Below, one piece after another: positions 19,870 through 29,418 of a stretch of DNA of 64,000 nt. Within the stretch, counting starts at the first letter, position 1; every line of letters starts with the position of its first letter. Under the pieces are notes generated by a model. The model did no database searches and had not been told where the DNA came from. It saw nothing but the letters and a program-made list of their open reading frames with translations. The DNA is from Planctomycetota bacterium (GTDB lineage: Bacteria; Planctomycetota; B15-G4; SIAN01). Location of the stretch: positions 202,370-266,369 of the forward strand of contig JANQQL010000050.1 in NCBI GenBank assembly GCA_028289345.1. Direction: 5' to 3'. Both the position numbers and the translations under genes were made by a program.

Positions 19870-20346
19870 TCAGGCCGGTGCGTCTTCGATGACGGACGCG
19901 TGGCGGGCCCAGCGGGTGTTCGGATAGTCCTGCTGCAACCGACCCCACCATTCCTTCAGCGGCGCCCAGTCCATCTTGCCGGCGAGAAACCCGGAGATCC
20001 CGGTCCAGTACATGGTCTCGGCCATCACTTCGGTGCTCTTGCTTTCCTTGGCGATGGCTTCGAAACGCTGGTAGGCGGTGGGAAAGTCCGTGGCTTGGAA
20101 CGCGGCCGTCGCCTGCACGAAGCGCAGCTCGGTCAAGAAGCTCTCCGGGGGCAACCACCCACAGAAGCGCCGCAGCTCTCGATGACGAGCGTCCGAGAAA
20201 ACGAACGTCGGCGCCCAGATCACCTTTTGCCCGAGGCTGGCTTCCTTGAAGTCCGGATGGCGGGCGCGCAGGTCGATCTGCAGCGCCGCAAAACCACCGT
20301 TCATTGCCTCTTCCACCGCTGAGTCAGGATACGTCACGGTATCCAT
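19870..20346 (-). CDS. hypothetical protein, possibly thioredoxin-fold
   Basis: Convergent with msrAB. Non-repetitive composition, no clear CxxC motif. Family assignment is uncertain. Confidence 0.45.
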   Translation of the reverse strand: MDTVTYPDSAVEEAMNGGFAALQIDLRARHPDFKEASLGQKVIWAPTFVFSDARHRELRRFCGWLPPESFLTELRFVQATAAFQATDFPTAYQRFEAIAKESKSTEVMAETMYWTGISGFLAGKMDWAPLKEWWGRLQQDYPNTRWARHASVIEDAPA

Positions 20347-21087
20347 GCGCTTGCAGCCCAGTCAGCCCTCCGCGTGAAAGAAGGACAGGTGGACTTTGCC
20401 GTCGGCTTCGGCGCTCGCGAGAGAATCGGCCAACTTGTCGAACCAGGAAATCGCCATGGGAGTTCTCCGGAGGTGGTGGGCAACTCGAGTCGGGTGAGTC
20501 CGAGAGGTTCTGCCATTTCGCAACTCCCCGGGTCAAGGGGAAGCCGCGGGTGTGAGCCTGCATTATTCAGGAAGGTCGTCGCGAGAATGAGCCAAAGTTC
20601 CTTTGGGCGAGGACCAACAGCAATCACCAACACAGACGTTTCTGAGGGCCCACGGATGAGGGGGCGCGGAGTCTTCGTGGGGACACTCAGATCCGGCCAG
20701 ACATTCGAATCGGGCGGCTCGCAAACCCGGCGAACGGAACCTCCGAGCCTGTCCGGATCAGCAGGCCAAGGGCCGAGGAGGAAATCCCGAACGGTCCCCG
20801 CTCTTGTCCGCGTTCGGGTCACGAGGCCGGGGCAACGAATGACCCCGCACCAGACCGCCTTCCCCATTTGAGGACACGCCGAGTCGGGACGGTCGTTCCC
20901 TGGTTCGGAGATCCCCGATCGGCCGGGAAACCAAGAGCTCCCCGGCGGTGCACGACAACGGACCGCCCGTGGGGGCACCTCGGACCAAGCCAGGTCTTTC
21001 GCGTCGGCGGGGAATGCGGCATTCTCTCGTGCCGGCGACCCCCGGAGTCGCCCGGCACTCACTCTGCTCGCGACGAAGGAACCCCCG

Positions 21088-21705
21088 ATGAAACCGATTC
21101 GACTGCAGGAGCTGGTGAATCAACTCCATCGGATTCCCGAAGCCTCGATCTGCGTGGACAGCGTTGCCGAGGTGCTTGGCTCGGGAGACCTGGCCGAGTC
21201 TTGTTATCGCCCGTTCGTGCAATTCCAGGACGATCACTACACCCGCAACCTCGTCCACCGCAGCGATCTGTTCGACATCATCGTCCTGTGCTGGAAGCCT
21301 GGCCAGGCCACCCCGGTCCACAATCACAATGGTCAGTGTGGTTGGGTCCGGGTGCTGCGCGGCAACATCGAAGAAGTGTCCTATCGTGCCCCCACGCCCG
21401 ATGGAAAACTCGACCCGTTGTGTTTGGACATCGACGATGACGGCGTCGGCCACGGAGTCGAGCTGAACGAAACCGGACGCATCTACGTTCCCGCCGGCCC
21501 GGAGGTTTCCGCGGTCGACCCCGACCGTGCCATCCACTGCCTCGGCAATGCCGACAAGACCCCCGGCGGCGAACCCACCATCACCCTCCACGTCTACTCC
21601 CGTCCCCACAGCTCCTGCCTGACCTTCGACCTGGAAACCAAGACCTGCCGTCGCAAGGAGCTGAAGTACGACAGCATCGAGAAGGCGCTAGCCTGCGAGA
21701 GCTGA
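21088..21705 (+). CDS. cysteine dioxygenase type I-like cupin
   Basis: CDO-type cupin motifs WKPGQATPVHNHNGQCGWVRVLRG and ITLHVYSRP, with RBS aaggaa upstream. Confidence 0.75.
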   Translation: MKPIRLQELVNQLHRIPEASICVDSVAEVLGSGDLAESCYRPFVQFQDDHYTRNLVHRSDLFDIIVLCWKPGQATPVHNHNGQCGWVRVLRGNIEEVSYRAPTPDGKLDPLCLDIDDDGVGHGVELNETGRIYVPAGPEVSAVDPDRAIHCLGNADKTPGGEPTITLHVYSRPHSSCLTFDLETKTCRRKELKYDSIEKALACES

Positions 21706-21927
21706 CGGAGCGCGACGCCCGACCGACACGCCGCCGCGCTCCTTGACCATCCTCGACGACTGGCATCAACCGTTTCCACGTCACCAGCCGTCACCGTTGA
21801 GTGCGAATGTCCGCCCACAAACGGACAATGTAGACGGCCCCAGCACTCGGCCATGCCGGTCCTCACGAGATCGACGAAGTGTCTCTCCGCCGAACCTCGC
21901 TGGGTCGAGTCCAGAGTTGTCGCGGAA

Positions 21928-22677
21928 TCACCCCTCGGACAGTTCCACCTCCACGACTCCTTTGGCGAAACCTTCATAGGCGGACTGGATCTGCTGGGCC
22001 ATCTGGTCCGGCCACACGTGAAACTCCCCGGTGCGGAAGGCTTCCACAACGGCGTCCGCGACCTGAGCCGGCGGCTGAGCAACCTCCGAGAGCCCCGCAG
22101 CATCGCCCATGTCGGTGGCGACCGGCCCAGGGTGGACGCTGAAAACGCTGGTCCCCTGTTCCGCCAGTTGGAACTTCAATGCCTGGGTGACCGCATACGA
22201 GGCGGCCTTCGATGCGCAGTAGGTGGTGAAATCGGGGAAGCACTTCATCGACACGATGGAGTTGAGCTGGACGATCGCCCCACCCCCGTTCTTCTCGAGC
22301 ACCGGGGCGAACGCGCGAACAAGCCGAATGAACCCGTACAGGTTTCCTTCGATCTCAAAACGAAGCGCCTCGAACACGTTGTCGCTGAACACAGTGGCGG
22401 TTTGAAGAACACCCGCGTTGCAGATGAGAATGTCGGTATCGGGCGCCTTGGCTGCCGCGTGTTCCGCCGACCTCTCCTCGGTCAAGTCGAACGGCACCAC
22501 GGTCACTTTGTCCGGGCCGTGTTCGCTCAAGAGGACCTCCGCCGTGGCGGGCGTTCGGACCGCCGCGTAAACCTTGCCAATGCCTCCTTGAACGAGGGCC
22601 CGCACGATCTCTTTGCCGATTCCGCGATTGGCACCAGTCACAAGAGCCGTTCGTCCTGAAATGTCGATCTTTGCCAT
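21928..22677 (-). CDS. short-chain dehydrogenase/reductase
   Basis: TGANRGIGKE cofactor motif, NAG, and catalytic YCASKAA. Confidence 0.85.
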   Translation of the reverse strand: MAKIDISGRTALVTGANRGIGKEIVRALVQGGIGKVYAAVRTPATAEVLLSEHGPDKVTVVPFDLTEERSAEHAAAKAPDTDILICNAGVLQTATVFSDNVFEALRFEIEGNLYGFIRLVRAFAPVLEKNGGGAIVQLNSIVSMKCFPDFTTYCASKAASYAVTQALKFQLAEQGTSVFSVHPGPVATDMGDAAGLSEVAQPPAQVADAVVEAFRTGEFHVWPDQMAQQIQSAYEGFAKGVVEVELSEG

Positions 22678-22808
22678 CGTCTGGTTCCTTCTGCTGTGTT
22701 GATGTTTCGATTCGGATCCACCGTTCCCCCTGCGGCGATCGCCGTCGCGCCAGCACCGCGACGACATTCAACTCACGGGAGGAACCAATGGGGTGCGTGG
22801 TCAAGAAC

Positions 22809-23468
22809 TCATGACGCGCACGGGAGAGCCTCCGCCAACTCGGCGAGCGAATGGAATTCCGAGCGGGGAGACACATGCGGATACGGGAACTCTGTTCGTG
22901 ACCGGTTGATCCACCATGCAGACAGCCCTACCGCTGTCGCGCCGGCAACGTCCCAGGCGTTCGAAGACACGAATGCAATCTCACGCGGCGCGCCGCCAAT
23001 CAGAGCCTGCAAGTACTCGTACGCATGCGAGTGCGGCTTGAAAGTTCCACTTGGCGCGGTCGATTCGACTCGGTCGAGTTGTTCTTCGAGTCCGCTGGCG
23101 CTAACACTGGTCGCGAGCATGCCGGGATTCGCGTTGGAGAACACCACCCGCTGGAAACCGCGCTCCCCCAGTTGCGTCAAACACGACACCGCGTCGGAGT
23201 ACGGCGAAACCCGGCGGTAGGCCACGAGTAGCGCCTCTGCCTCCGCGGTGGAACGGCTCACGGCTCGCGCAGCACGATCGGTGACAGCCCAGAAATCAGG
23301 CTCCGCTCCGGTCATCATCTCGACCCAGGCGTACTCCAGTTGCCGTTCGCGCCATTGTTCCGCAAGACGCTCCGAATCACGGGTCTGGCCGACCACGGAC
23401 CGAACCGAAGCCATCAAGTCGAAGAGTGTTCCATAGGCGTCGAAGACGACCACTCTCCCTGAACTCAT
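22809..23468 (-). CDS. haloacid dehalogenase type II (HAD superfamily)
   Basis: N-terminal VVVFDAYGTLFD motif and a HAD-like overall layout. Start overlaps the stop of the upstream ABM gene (ATGA). Confidence 0.8.
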   Translation of the reverse strand: MSSGRVVVFDAYGTLFDLMASVRSVVGQTRDSERLAEQWRERQLEYAWVEMMTGAEPDFWAVTDRAARAVSRSTAEAEALLVAYRRVSPYSDAVSCLTQLGERGFQRVVFSNANPGMLATSVSASGLEEQLDRVESTAPSGTFKPHSHAYEYLQALIGGAPREIAFVSSNAWDVAGATAVGLSAWWINRSRTEFPYPHVSPRSEFHSLAELAEALPCAS

Positions 23469-23812
23469 GAGCCAGACTCCCCCGGATCGGGAATCCTCAA
23501 GCCGCGAACGCAACACCAATCAAGAATGACCGATTGGTCTTCCCCTGTCATCTCGACGAGCAAAGGTGCCACTCGCTGTTCCCACCGCTGATGGATCGAG
23601 GTCGCGTAGTAGGCGTCGATCGCCTGCTGGGACTCGAAAACCTCCAGAAGCGTGAATCGCCAAGGGGCATTGAGATCTCGCTGGGCCGTCACCCGGAGTG
23701 AACCCGGGTGACGGCTGCGATCGAGGGCACTCTCTCGAAGGCGTGCGCCGAACGCATCGGCCTCGGAGGGCTTGGCCACGAACTGCATGAGCACGGTGAT
23801 TTCGTTGTCCAT
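23465..23812 (-). CDS. antibiotic-biosynthesis-monooxygenase (ABM) domain protein
   Basis: 115 aa ferredoxin-like fold; the pattern FVAKPSEADAF ... LEVFESQQAIDAYYATSIHQRW is typical of ABM domains. Confidence 0.6.
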   Translation of the reverse strand: MDNEITVLMQFVAKPSEADAFGARLRESALDRSRHPGSLRVTAQRDLNAPWRFTLLEVFESQQAIDAYYATSIHQRWEQRVAPLLVEMTGEDQSVILDWCCVRGLRIPDPGESGS

Positions 23813-23887
23813 GAAATGACTCGCAAGACGGCTCCACCCACTCGACTTGCCCCGCTGTCGTGGAAGGGGAGGAGCAAGGCCTCTCGA

Positions 23888-24772
23888 TCAGGCGAGGAAA
23901 TCATTGATGAACAGCGAACAGCACTCCGGAAACTGGTGCTGGGGAGCGTGTCCCGCCATCGGCAAGATTGCCAGGCGGCTATTCGGGATGTGCTTGTACA
24001 GGACGACTTGGTTCTCCAGGGGATAGCAAGGGTCCCGGTCGCCATTGATGATCAAGAACGGTTGCTGGATCTCTGGCATGCGAGCAAACCACTCATTGCT
24101 CGGACTCGCCGCGTCTTCGATGGCAGCCAGGAGGTTGCGCCATGCGGGCTCGGGGACCTTGGGCTCCGCGCCCAGGCGAAGCTGTGCTTCGATCCGGCCC
24201 TCGGCGAGTCGTCCTCGCGCGCGGGAGTCCGAAGACTCCGCGTAGAACAAGATGACTTTGTCTTCCCAGTCCCAATCGGGCTTGGTTGCCGTCGAAAAGA
24301 AGATGTCTTCCGGCGGCTTGGATCCTTCCCCGGCGAAACAACTGGCGCCGCAGAGCACACAGCGCCGGATGAGATCCGGCTCCGTGAGTGCGAGGACCTG
24401 TACCACGTATCCGCCCATCGAGAACGCGAGGAGATCGACCTGCTCGAGTCCGAGTGCCTTGATGAATGCGGCCGTGGACTTGGCAATTCCCGCGGGCGTC
24501 GTGGGAACTTCTCCTGTGGTACTCGAAACCCCTTCGTAGTCGACGAGGATCAGCTGGCGGGAAAGTGCAAGCCTCTCGAGAAACTCCGGATCCCACTCGT
24601 CCATGGTACCCCGAAACCGATTGCAGAAGACCAGTGGCACGGTCCCGGGAGCCGCTTCGCCCATGACTCGGTAGGCGAAGCGCACTCCCTCGGCTTCCAC
24701 GAATTGGTTCGGGACGGGTGCCCTCAACGAGTCGGGTCCCGCCGAAAGAGCTGCAGTGACAGTGGTTGGCAT
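23888..24772 (-). CDS. alpha/beta hydrolase
   Basis: Nucleophile elbow AFSMGG, a C-terminal GHAPQ-type His, and a PLVFCNRF-type N-terminus. Confidence 0.75.
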   Translation of the reverse strand: MPTTVTAALSAGPDSLRAPVPNQFVEAEGVRFAYRVMGEAAPGTVPLVFCNRFRGTMDEWDPEFLERLALSRQLILVDYEGVSSTTGEVPTTPAGIAKSTAAFIKALGLEQVDLLAFSMGGYVVQVLALTEPDLIRRCVLCGASCFAGEGSKPPEDIFFSTATKPDWDWEDKVILFYAESSDSRARGRLAEGRIEAQLRLGAEPKVPEPAWRNLLAAIEDAASPSNEWFARMPEIQQPFLIINGDRDPCYPLENQVVLYKHIPNSRLAILPMAGHAPQHQFPECCSLFINDFLA

Positions 24773-24997
24773 GGCATCTCCTTGGGTTGAGGTGAGATTC
24801 ACGAGGGACACGAAAAACGGGGCCAACAACCGGACATCGAATCAGAGTATTTGTCCGCCGGTGCCGCGACATTTCCCGCAGAACGGTTCCTTCCCAAGCG
24901 GCGGACACGACGACGGTCGCTGCAGTCCAGGACGGCATCCGCAACAAACACGGACGCAGAGACTTATTGACGCGGAAAGGCCTCCGATGACTCGGGA

Positions 24998-27553
24998 TCA
25001 CGGGCTCTTTCGAGAGCCGAGAGACTCGTACTTGATTCGGGAAGCTTCGGCCTCTTCCTCACGACCAAGGACTCGCATCGTCGCCATGTGATTGCCAACC
25101 ACAATTCGATAGGCCGCGAGTCCCTGGGCCCTTCGAAGCTCAAAGATCTCGATCGCTCGTTCGTAGTCGGCGCCGGCCTGCAACTCCTTCGCCAAGTGAG
25201 AATTGGCGTCTCCGCGCACCGAGTAGGCATGGGCGCACACGACTGCTTCCGATTGGTCGGACGATTCCAGCACGTCGATCAGTCCGGTCGCTTCGTCCAA
25301 CACTCGCTCGGGTTGTCCGGCATCGTTGAGCATTGCCAGGTGGTTGACGCGCATCGCCAGGGTTCGCGGCGCCAGCCGACCGACTTCTTGCGCATAGAGC
25401 GGAATGATTTCCTCCGCCAGCGCTGCGGCCTCGGCATGGCGACCAGACATAGCGACTGCGATCGCTTGATCCGATCGGAGTTTCAGTTCCACCTGGCGGG
25501 ATCCGGTCATGTTCGCGACCCAAAGGTCGAGCGCCTCATCGTAAAGCTCGATGGCCGACTCGAGTTCGCCCTCGAACATCAGCGCTGCCGCCCGCTCCCT
25601 CATGACATAGGTGCGGTGGGGCCAGTCCTCGGGCCGGTAGGTTTCGAGATCCCCCGCGAGTGACAGCAAGAGTGACAGAGCCTCCTCGTGGTCCCCGTTT
25701 CGCCGAAGCCCAAGGGCAAGGACCAGACGAGCACGAATCCCGTCGAGGGAATGGGAAAGCCCTGCTTTCCTGGCCCACTGGACGACTTCGCGTGCGCGAT
25801 CAAGTCCCGCCGCAATCCCTGCGCCACCCAGCAATGCGCGCGCTCGAGCCGTGCCAGCCTGGATCTTCAGGTGCTCCTGGGTCTCCGGGGAACCAAGGGA
25901 CTCGAGCACTCCGACCGCGGACTCCGCTCTCTCCAGAGCTTCGTCGAACCGCCCTTGTCGCTCGAGCAAGCCGCTATATCCCGTCAGCAACTCCGCTCGC
26001 TCGACAGACTCGAGGCCGAACTGCTCTGTCGTTTCCGGATCGCCCTGTCGATAGAGCTCTTCCGCCGTGCGCAGGCTTCCAATGGACGCATAGGCAGCAG
26101 CAAACACCGGTCGAAGGCGGGCTCGCACCCGCGGCGAATCGGCCAGCGCCGTGTCCAAGCTCCGAGCACCTTCCTCCAGAACGTCATCGATCGTGATGTC
26201 GGAACCCATCTCGAATGGGCTTGAAACCGTAATGATGTCAGAAAGGTACGAGGTGGCCGCTTCCATCTCCGCCAAGGCCGCGGATGTGTCTCGCTGCGCG
26301 TCACGAATGCGAACGTAGGCAGCCAAAGCGGCCACCACGACAATCGAGCTGACGAGAACCGCCCCGACACTGGTCGCGACCAGCACGCGATGGCGTGAGA
26401 TGTACTTTCGCATGCGGTAACGACGGGTTGGCGGAGCTGCCACAACCGCAGCCCCTTCCAGACAGCGCTCCAGATCGGCCCGAAATTCTGCGACCGAGGG
26501 GTACCGGCGATCAGGATCCGGATCGATCGCCTTCAGGCAGATCCAGTCGAGTTCGCGCTTTCTGAGGCTTTCCGTGCTGGATCCCGAGCCCTCGGCGCCA
26601 AGAACCTCCGAGGGCGGCGTGGGCAGCGCGTCAGAGAGATAGCGCGCGATGCGATCGACGGACATCGAACGAATCTCTCGCCGGTCATAGGGATGGCGGT
26701 CCGCCATGAGTTCGTAGAGAACCACTCCGAGCGAATATACGTCGCTTCGCTCGTCGAGGTGTCTTGCCGCAACTTGCTCGGGGCTCATGTATTCGAGTGT
26801 GCCGATGGGACCGCGGCGTTCGCCTTCGATGCTCCGCTCGAAGGCCGGAGACTCGAGTTCGTCGGCATCCAGGAGCGCGACCATGCCGAAGTCGATGACC
26901 ACGACCCGTGGCTGGCCCCCTTCGGTCGTGACGAGGAGATTGGATGGCTTCAGATCTCGGTGAAGCACGCCCTTCCCATGCGCATGCTCGACACCGAGGC
27001 AGGCCTGCGCGAAAAGGCGAATGCGCGCGTCCAGGAGCAGGCGGTGCAGCGTTGCATAGTCTGTGATGGACGGCCCATCCGCCAATTCCATGACGATGTA
27101 TGGTCGACCACTGGCATCCGAGCCGGCCTCGAGTGCCCGCATGACATTCGGATGGGAGAGCCTGGCGAGGATGCGTCGTTCGTTGCGAAACCGCCGCAGG
27201 ACAGATTCGGAGTCCATGCCGGGCTTGATGACTTTGATGGCGACCCGGTGCTCGATCGGGCCAGGCCGGACCGCTTCGTAGACATCGCCGAGGCCGCCTT
27301 GCCCGATGCGTCGAACGACGTGGTACTCGCCAATTCGACTTGGCCCTCCGGGCGGGCGATTGGCGGAAGAAACGAGCGCGTGCCCGAGCAGCAGGTCGTC
27401 AGAAACATCGGCGTGCTCGGCCAGGGACCGCAACTCAGCCCCCACCGACGGATCCTCGGTTTCGATGTCGAGGATGAACGCCTCCCGCTCTCGTCCTCGG
27501 AGTCGACTCACCTCGTAGAGTAGCTCACCGATTCGATCCGAGGAGGAAGTCAC
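24998..27553 (-). CDS. serine/threonine protein kinase with TM segment and C-terminal TPR repeats
   Basis: Hanks kinase motifs GQGGLGDVYEAV, AIK, HRDLKPSNLL, DFG, and a later TM helix RVLVATSVGAVLVSSIVVVAALAAY. Start is GTG, overlapping the sigma-factor stop (GTGA). Confidence 0.85.
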   Translation of the reverse strand: MTSSSDRIGELLYEVSRLRGREREAFILDIETEDPSVGAELRSLAEHADVSDDLLLGHALVSSANRPPGGPSRIGEYHVVRRIGQGGLGDVYEAVRPGPIEHRVAIKVIKPGMDSESVLRRFRNERRILARLSHPNVMRALEAGSDASGRPYIVMELADGPSITDYATLHRLLLDARIRLFAQACLGVEHAHGKGVLHRDLKPSNLLVTTEGGQPRVVVIDFGMVALLDADELESPAFERSIEGERRGPIGTLEYMSPEQVAARHLDERSDVYSLGVVLYELMADRHPYDRREIRSMSVDRIARYLSDALPTPPSEVLGAEGSGSSTESLRKRELDWICLKAIDPDPDRRYPSVAEFRADLERCLEGAAVVAAPPTRRYRMRKYISRHRVLVATSVGAVLVSSIVVVAALAAYVRIRDAQRDTSAALAEMEAATSYLSDIITVSSPFEMGSDITIDDVLEEGARSLDTALADSPRVRARLRPVFAAAYASIGSLRTAEELYRQGDPETTEQFGLESVERAELLTGYSGLLERQGRFDEALERAESAVGVLESLGSPETQEHLKIQAGTARARALLGGAGIAAGLDRAREVVQWARKAGLSHSLDGIRARLVLALGLRRNGDHEEALSLLLSLAGDLETYRPEDWPHRTYVMRERAAALMFEGELESAIELYDEALDLWVANMTGSRQVELKLRSDQAIAVAMSGRHAEAAALAEEIIPLYAQEVGRLAPRTLAMRVNHLAMLNDAGQPERVLDEATGLIDVLESSDQSEAVVCAHAYSVRGDANSHLAKELQAGADYERAIEIFELRRAQGLAAYRIVVGNHMATMRVLGREEEAEASRIKYESLGSRKSP

Positions 27554-28155
27554 GTCAGCTTCCCCGGTGGCGAGAGTCCTTCTTCGGTCAAGGCGCGAGC
27601 GAGCCAGGCCTTCGCGAGCACCCAGTCCCTTCTTGCGGTGCGATCGGAAACCCCCACGGCCCGTGCCGCCTCGATCTCCGACAGCCCGAGAAAGAAACGA
27701 CACTGAACAAGGCGAGCACAGCGAGGGTGCTCCTGTTCCAGCTTGGTGAGTGCGTGGTCCACCAGGAGTTGGACCCGCTCGTCCTTGTCGTCAGATCCCT
27801 GCATGCACTCGTGGAGAGACAGGCGCTCTTGATGGCCACCGCACTTCTGGGCGACCCGCGCCTTGATCCGATCGATGGCAATCTGGCGCATGGCGATCGT
27901 CGCGGCGGCGACAAAGTGAGAATCGGATCGCCAATCGACATCACTCTGACGAGCAGAGAGCTTCAGGTAGACCTCATGGACCAACTCCGTGGGGGCGACG
28001 CTCTGCCCAGGGGGAAGTGTTCGAAGACACGCGTCCGCCCTTGCACGGAGTTCGGAGTAAACGGAAGGAAGTCGAGCCGCCACCACCGACCGCACTTCTT
28101 GAGTGACGTCGGAGAGAAACCGATCGCTCAAAGAAATGGAGCTGTCAGAGTCCAT
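27550..28155 (-). CDS. ECF-type RNA polymerase sigma factor (sigma-70 regions 2 and 4, TIGR02999-like)
   Basis: Region 2 (ELVHEVYLKL) and region 4 (LSEIEAARAVGVSDRTARRDWVLAKAWL). Start at MDSDSS inside ORF 27550..28308. Confidence 0.8.
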   Translation of the reverse strand: MDSDSSISLSDRFLSDVTQEVRSVVAARLPSVYSELRARADACLRTLPPGQSVAPTELVHEVYLKLSARQSDVDWRSDSHFVAAATIAMRQIAIDRIKARVAQKCGGHQERLSLHECMQGSDDKDERVQLLVDHALTKLEQEHPRCARLVQCRFFLGLSEIEAARAVGVSDRTARRDWVLAKAWLARALTEEGLSPPGKLT

Positions 28156-28581
28156 GCACGAGATCGTATCCGGCAGTCGACCCCGTTGTTCCCACTGCGA
28201 CACAGCGCTCGGACAGCGACCCATTCTCCTCTGCCGAAAAGCTGACAGGGAGCGCGGAGAATCACTCGCTTTCCCTGAGCGAAGGCGGATCCACGACCCG
28301 GCCGCCATGAAATCCGCGGACCCTCATCCACGTCAACCAGGTCGACGAAACCGGACGCCTTCCTCGAGCCCCGATCCCTAACGACGCGCTTTGCTCCCTG
28401 CCCCGACGTCAAAGTTTCCTGGTTTTGTTGACCCGTGGGAAGCGCGGCAAGCACTGGGAACGTCACGAACGCTGCCCCATGACAGGGTGCGCCTTGCCCG
28501 ATCCCTTGCCATCGTCGGGTGGTCCGTCGTCGTGGAGATCGATCTCGCGGGCCCCCAAGCCTGTTCCCAGAGGAGAAACTG

Positions 28582-29106
28582 ATGCGAATTCCCCTGACTG
28601 CTCTCATTGCCATGGTCTTGTGCGCGAACGCGAGCGCCACCCAGTTCACCGTCTACGCGGGAGAACCCGGTGACCCGGACCACTATCAGATTCACGTGTC
28701 CGTGACGGACAACGGCGGCTGCTCGGACCTCGAGTTCCGAGCGGAGATCACTGACACGACCGGGGTCGACATGACGGTGAACGTGGGACCCATTGACGTG
28801 AAGCGATGCACTCCCTTCCAGGTCAGCTCCATCACCTTCGATGGTGGAGGAACGGGAACTGCGGGGATCTTCAAACTGGTCAAAGCTTTCGGAGTGATGT
28901 GGGGTCAAGTGGACTCGCTCTCGGACCTGAGCTCCAGTTCCTACTTCAAGCCCGACTCCAGCACCGAGTTGGACATCACGGATGGATCTGCGGCTGCAAG
29001 CGTGACCTCGAAAGGCTCTCACTTCCAGCGAACATCGGTCACCGGCCAACCGCTTCCCCGACGAATGCGTCATTCATGGGGGCGCCCGGTTCCGGTCCAA
29101 CGCTAG
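28582..29106 (+). CDS. small secreted hypothetical protein
   Basis: Signal peptide MRIPLTALIAMVLCANASA with RBS aggagaa 8 nt upstream. Divergent from the sigma factor. Confidence 0.55.
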   Translation: MRIPLTALIAMVLCANASATQFTVYAGEPGDPDHYQIHVSVTDNGGCSDLEFRAEITDTTGVDMTVNVGPIDVKRCTPFQVSSITFDGGGTGTAGIFKLVKAFGVMWGQVDSLSDLSSSSYFKPDSSTELDITDGSAAASVTSKGSHFQRTSVTGQPLPRRMRHSWGRPVPVQR

Positions 29107-29418
29107 CCCCTGCGCAGGCGCCTTCCGTTCGGTCCCTTTGTGAACGGCCCCGCCGGGCGCAAGGGGGCTTCGGTTGGCGGTGGAGCCGATCGATGCGACC
29201 GCGGTGAATCGCCACAAAGATCACGGAATCTCGCTTCTCCCTTCCAGACACTGCCGAACAGAAGCGAAGAAACGCCAAAAACTTCCCGAACATCGTGGGA
29301 TTGACCGTCTTCCGTGAGCGATCTTGCTCACTGACATTGGCGCAGGCACGCTCCCTTTCTACAATGACGAATGTCCGAGGCTCGAGGTCTTTCGCTCCCC
29401 CCTCGAAAGGAGTCCGTC

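Noticed and set aside
19750-19870. Possible terminator hairpin (ggaccccggtcc) between convergent msrAB and the downstream gene
   Set aside because: The stem is only 5 bp with a 2-nt loop and has no U-tract. Too weak to annotate.
20700-20800. SRP-RNA-like and tmRNA-like fragments (gtccggatcagcaggccaagg and attcgaatcggg)
   Set aside because: They only superficially resemble the conserved SRP domain-IV GUCCGGAAGGAAGCAGC and the tmRNA 5' GGAUUCGACGGG motifs. The GGAA/GNRA loop and the flanking helices are missing.
20334-21062. 242-aa minus-strand ORF and 165-aa plus-strand ORF inside the 740-bp gap
   Set aside because: Both are P/R/G/S-rich with no motifs, RBS or signal features. Treated as non-coding and recorded as a finding for possible RNA or regulatory content instead.
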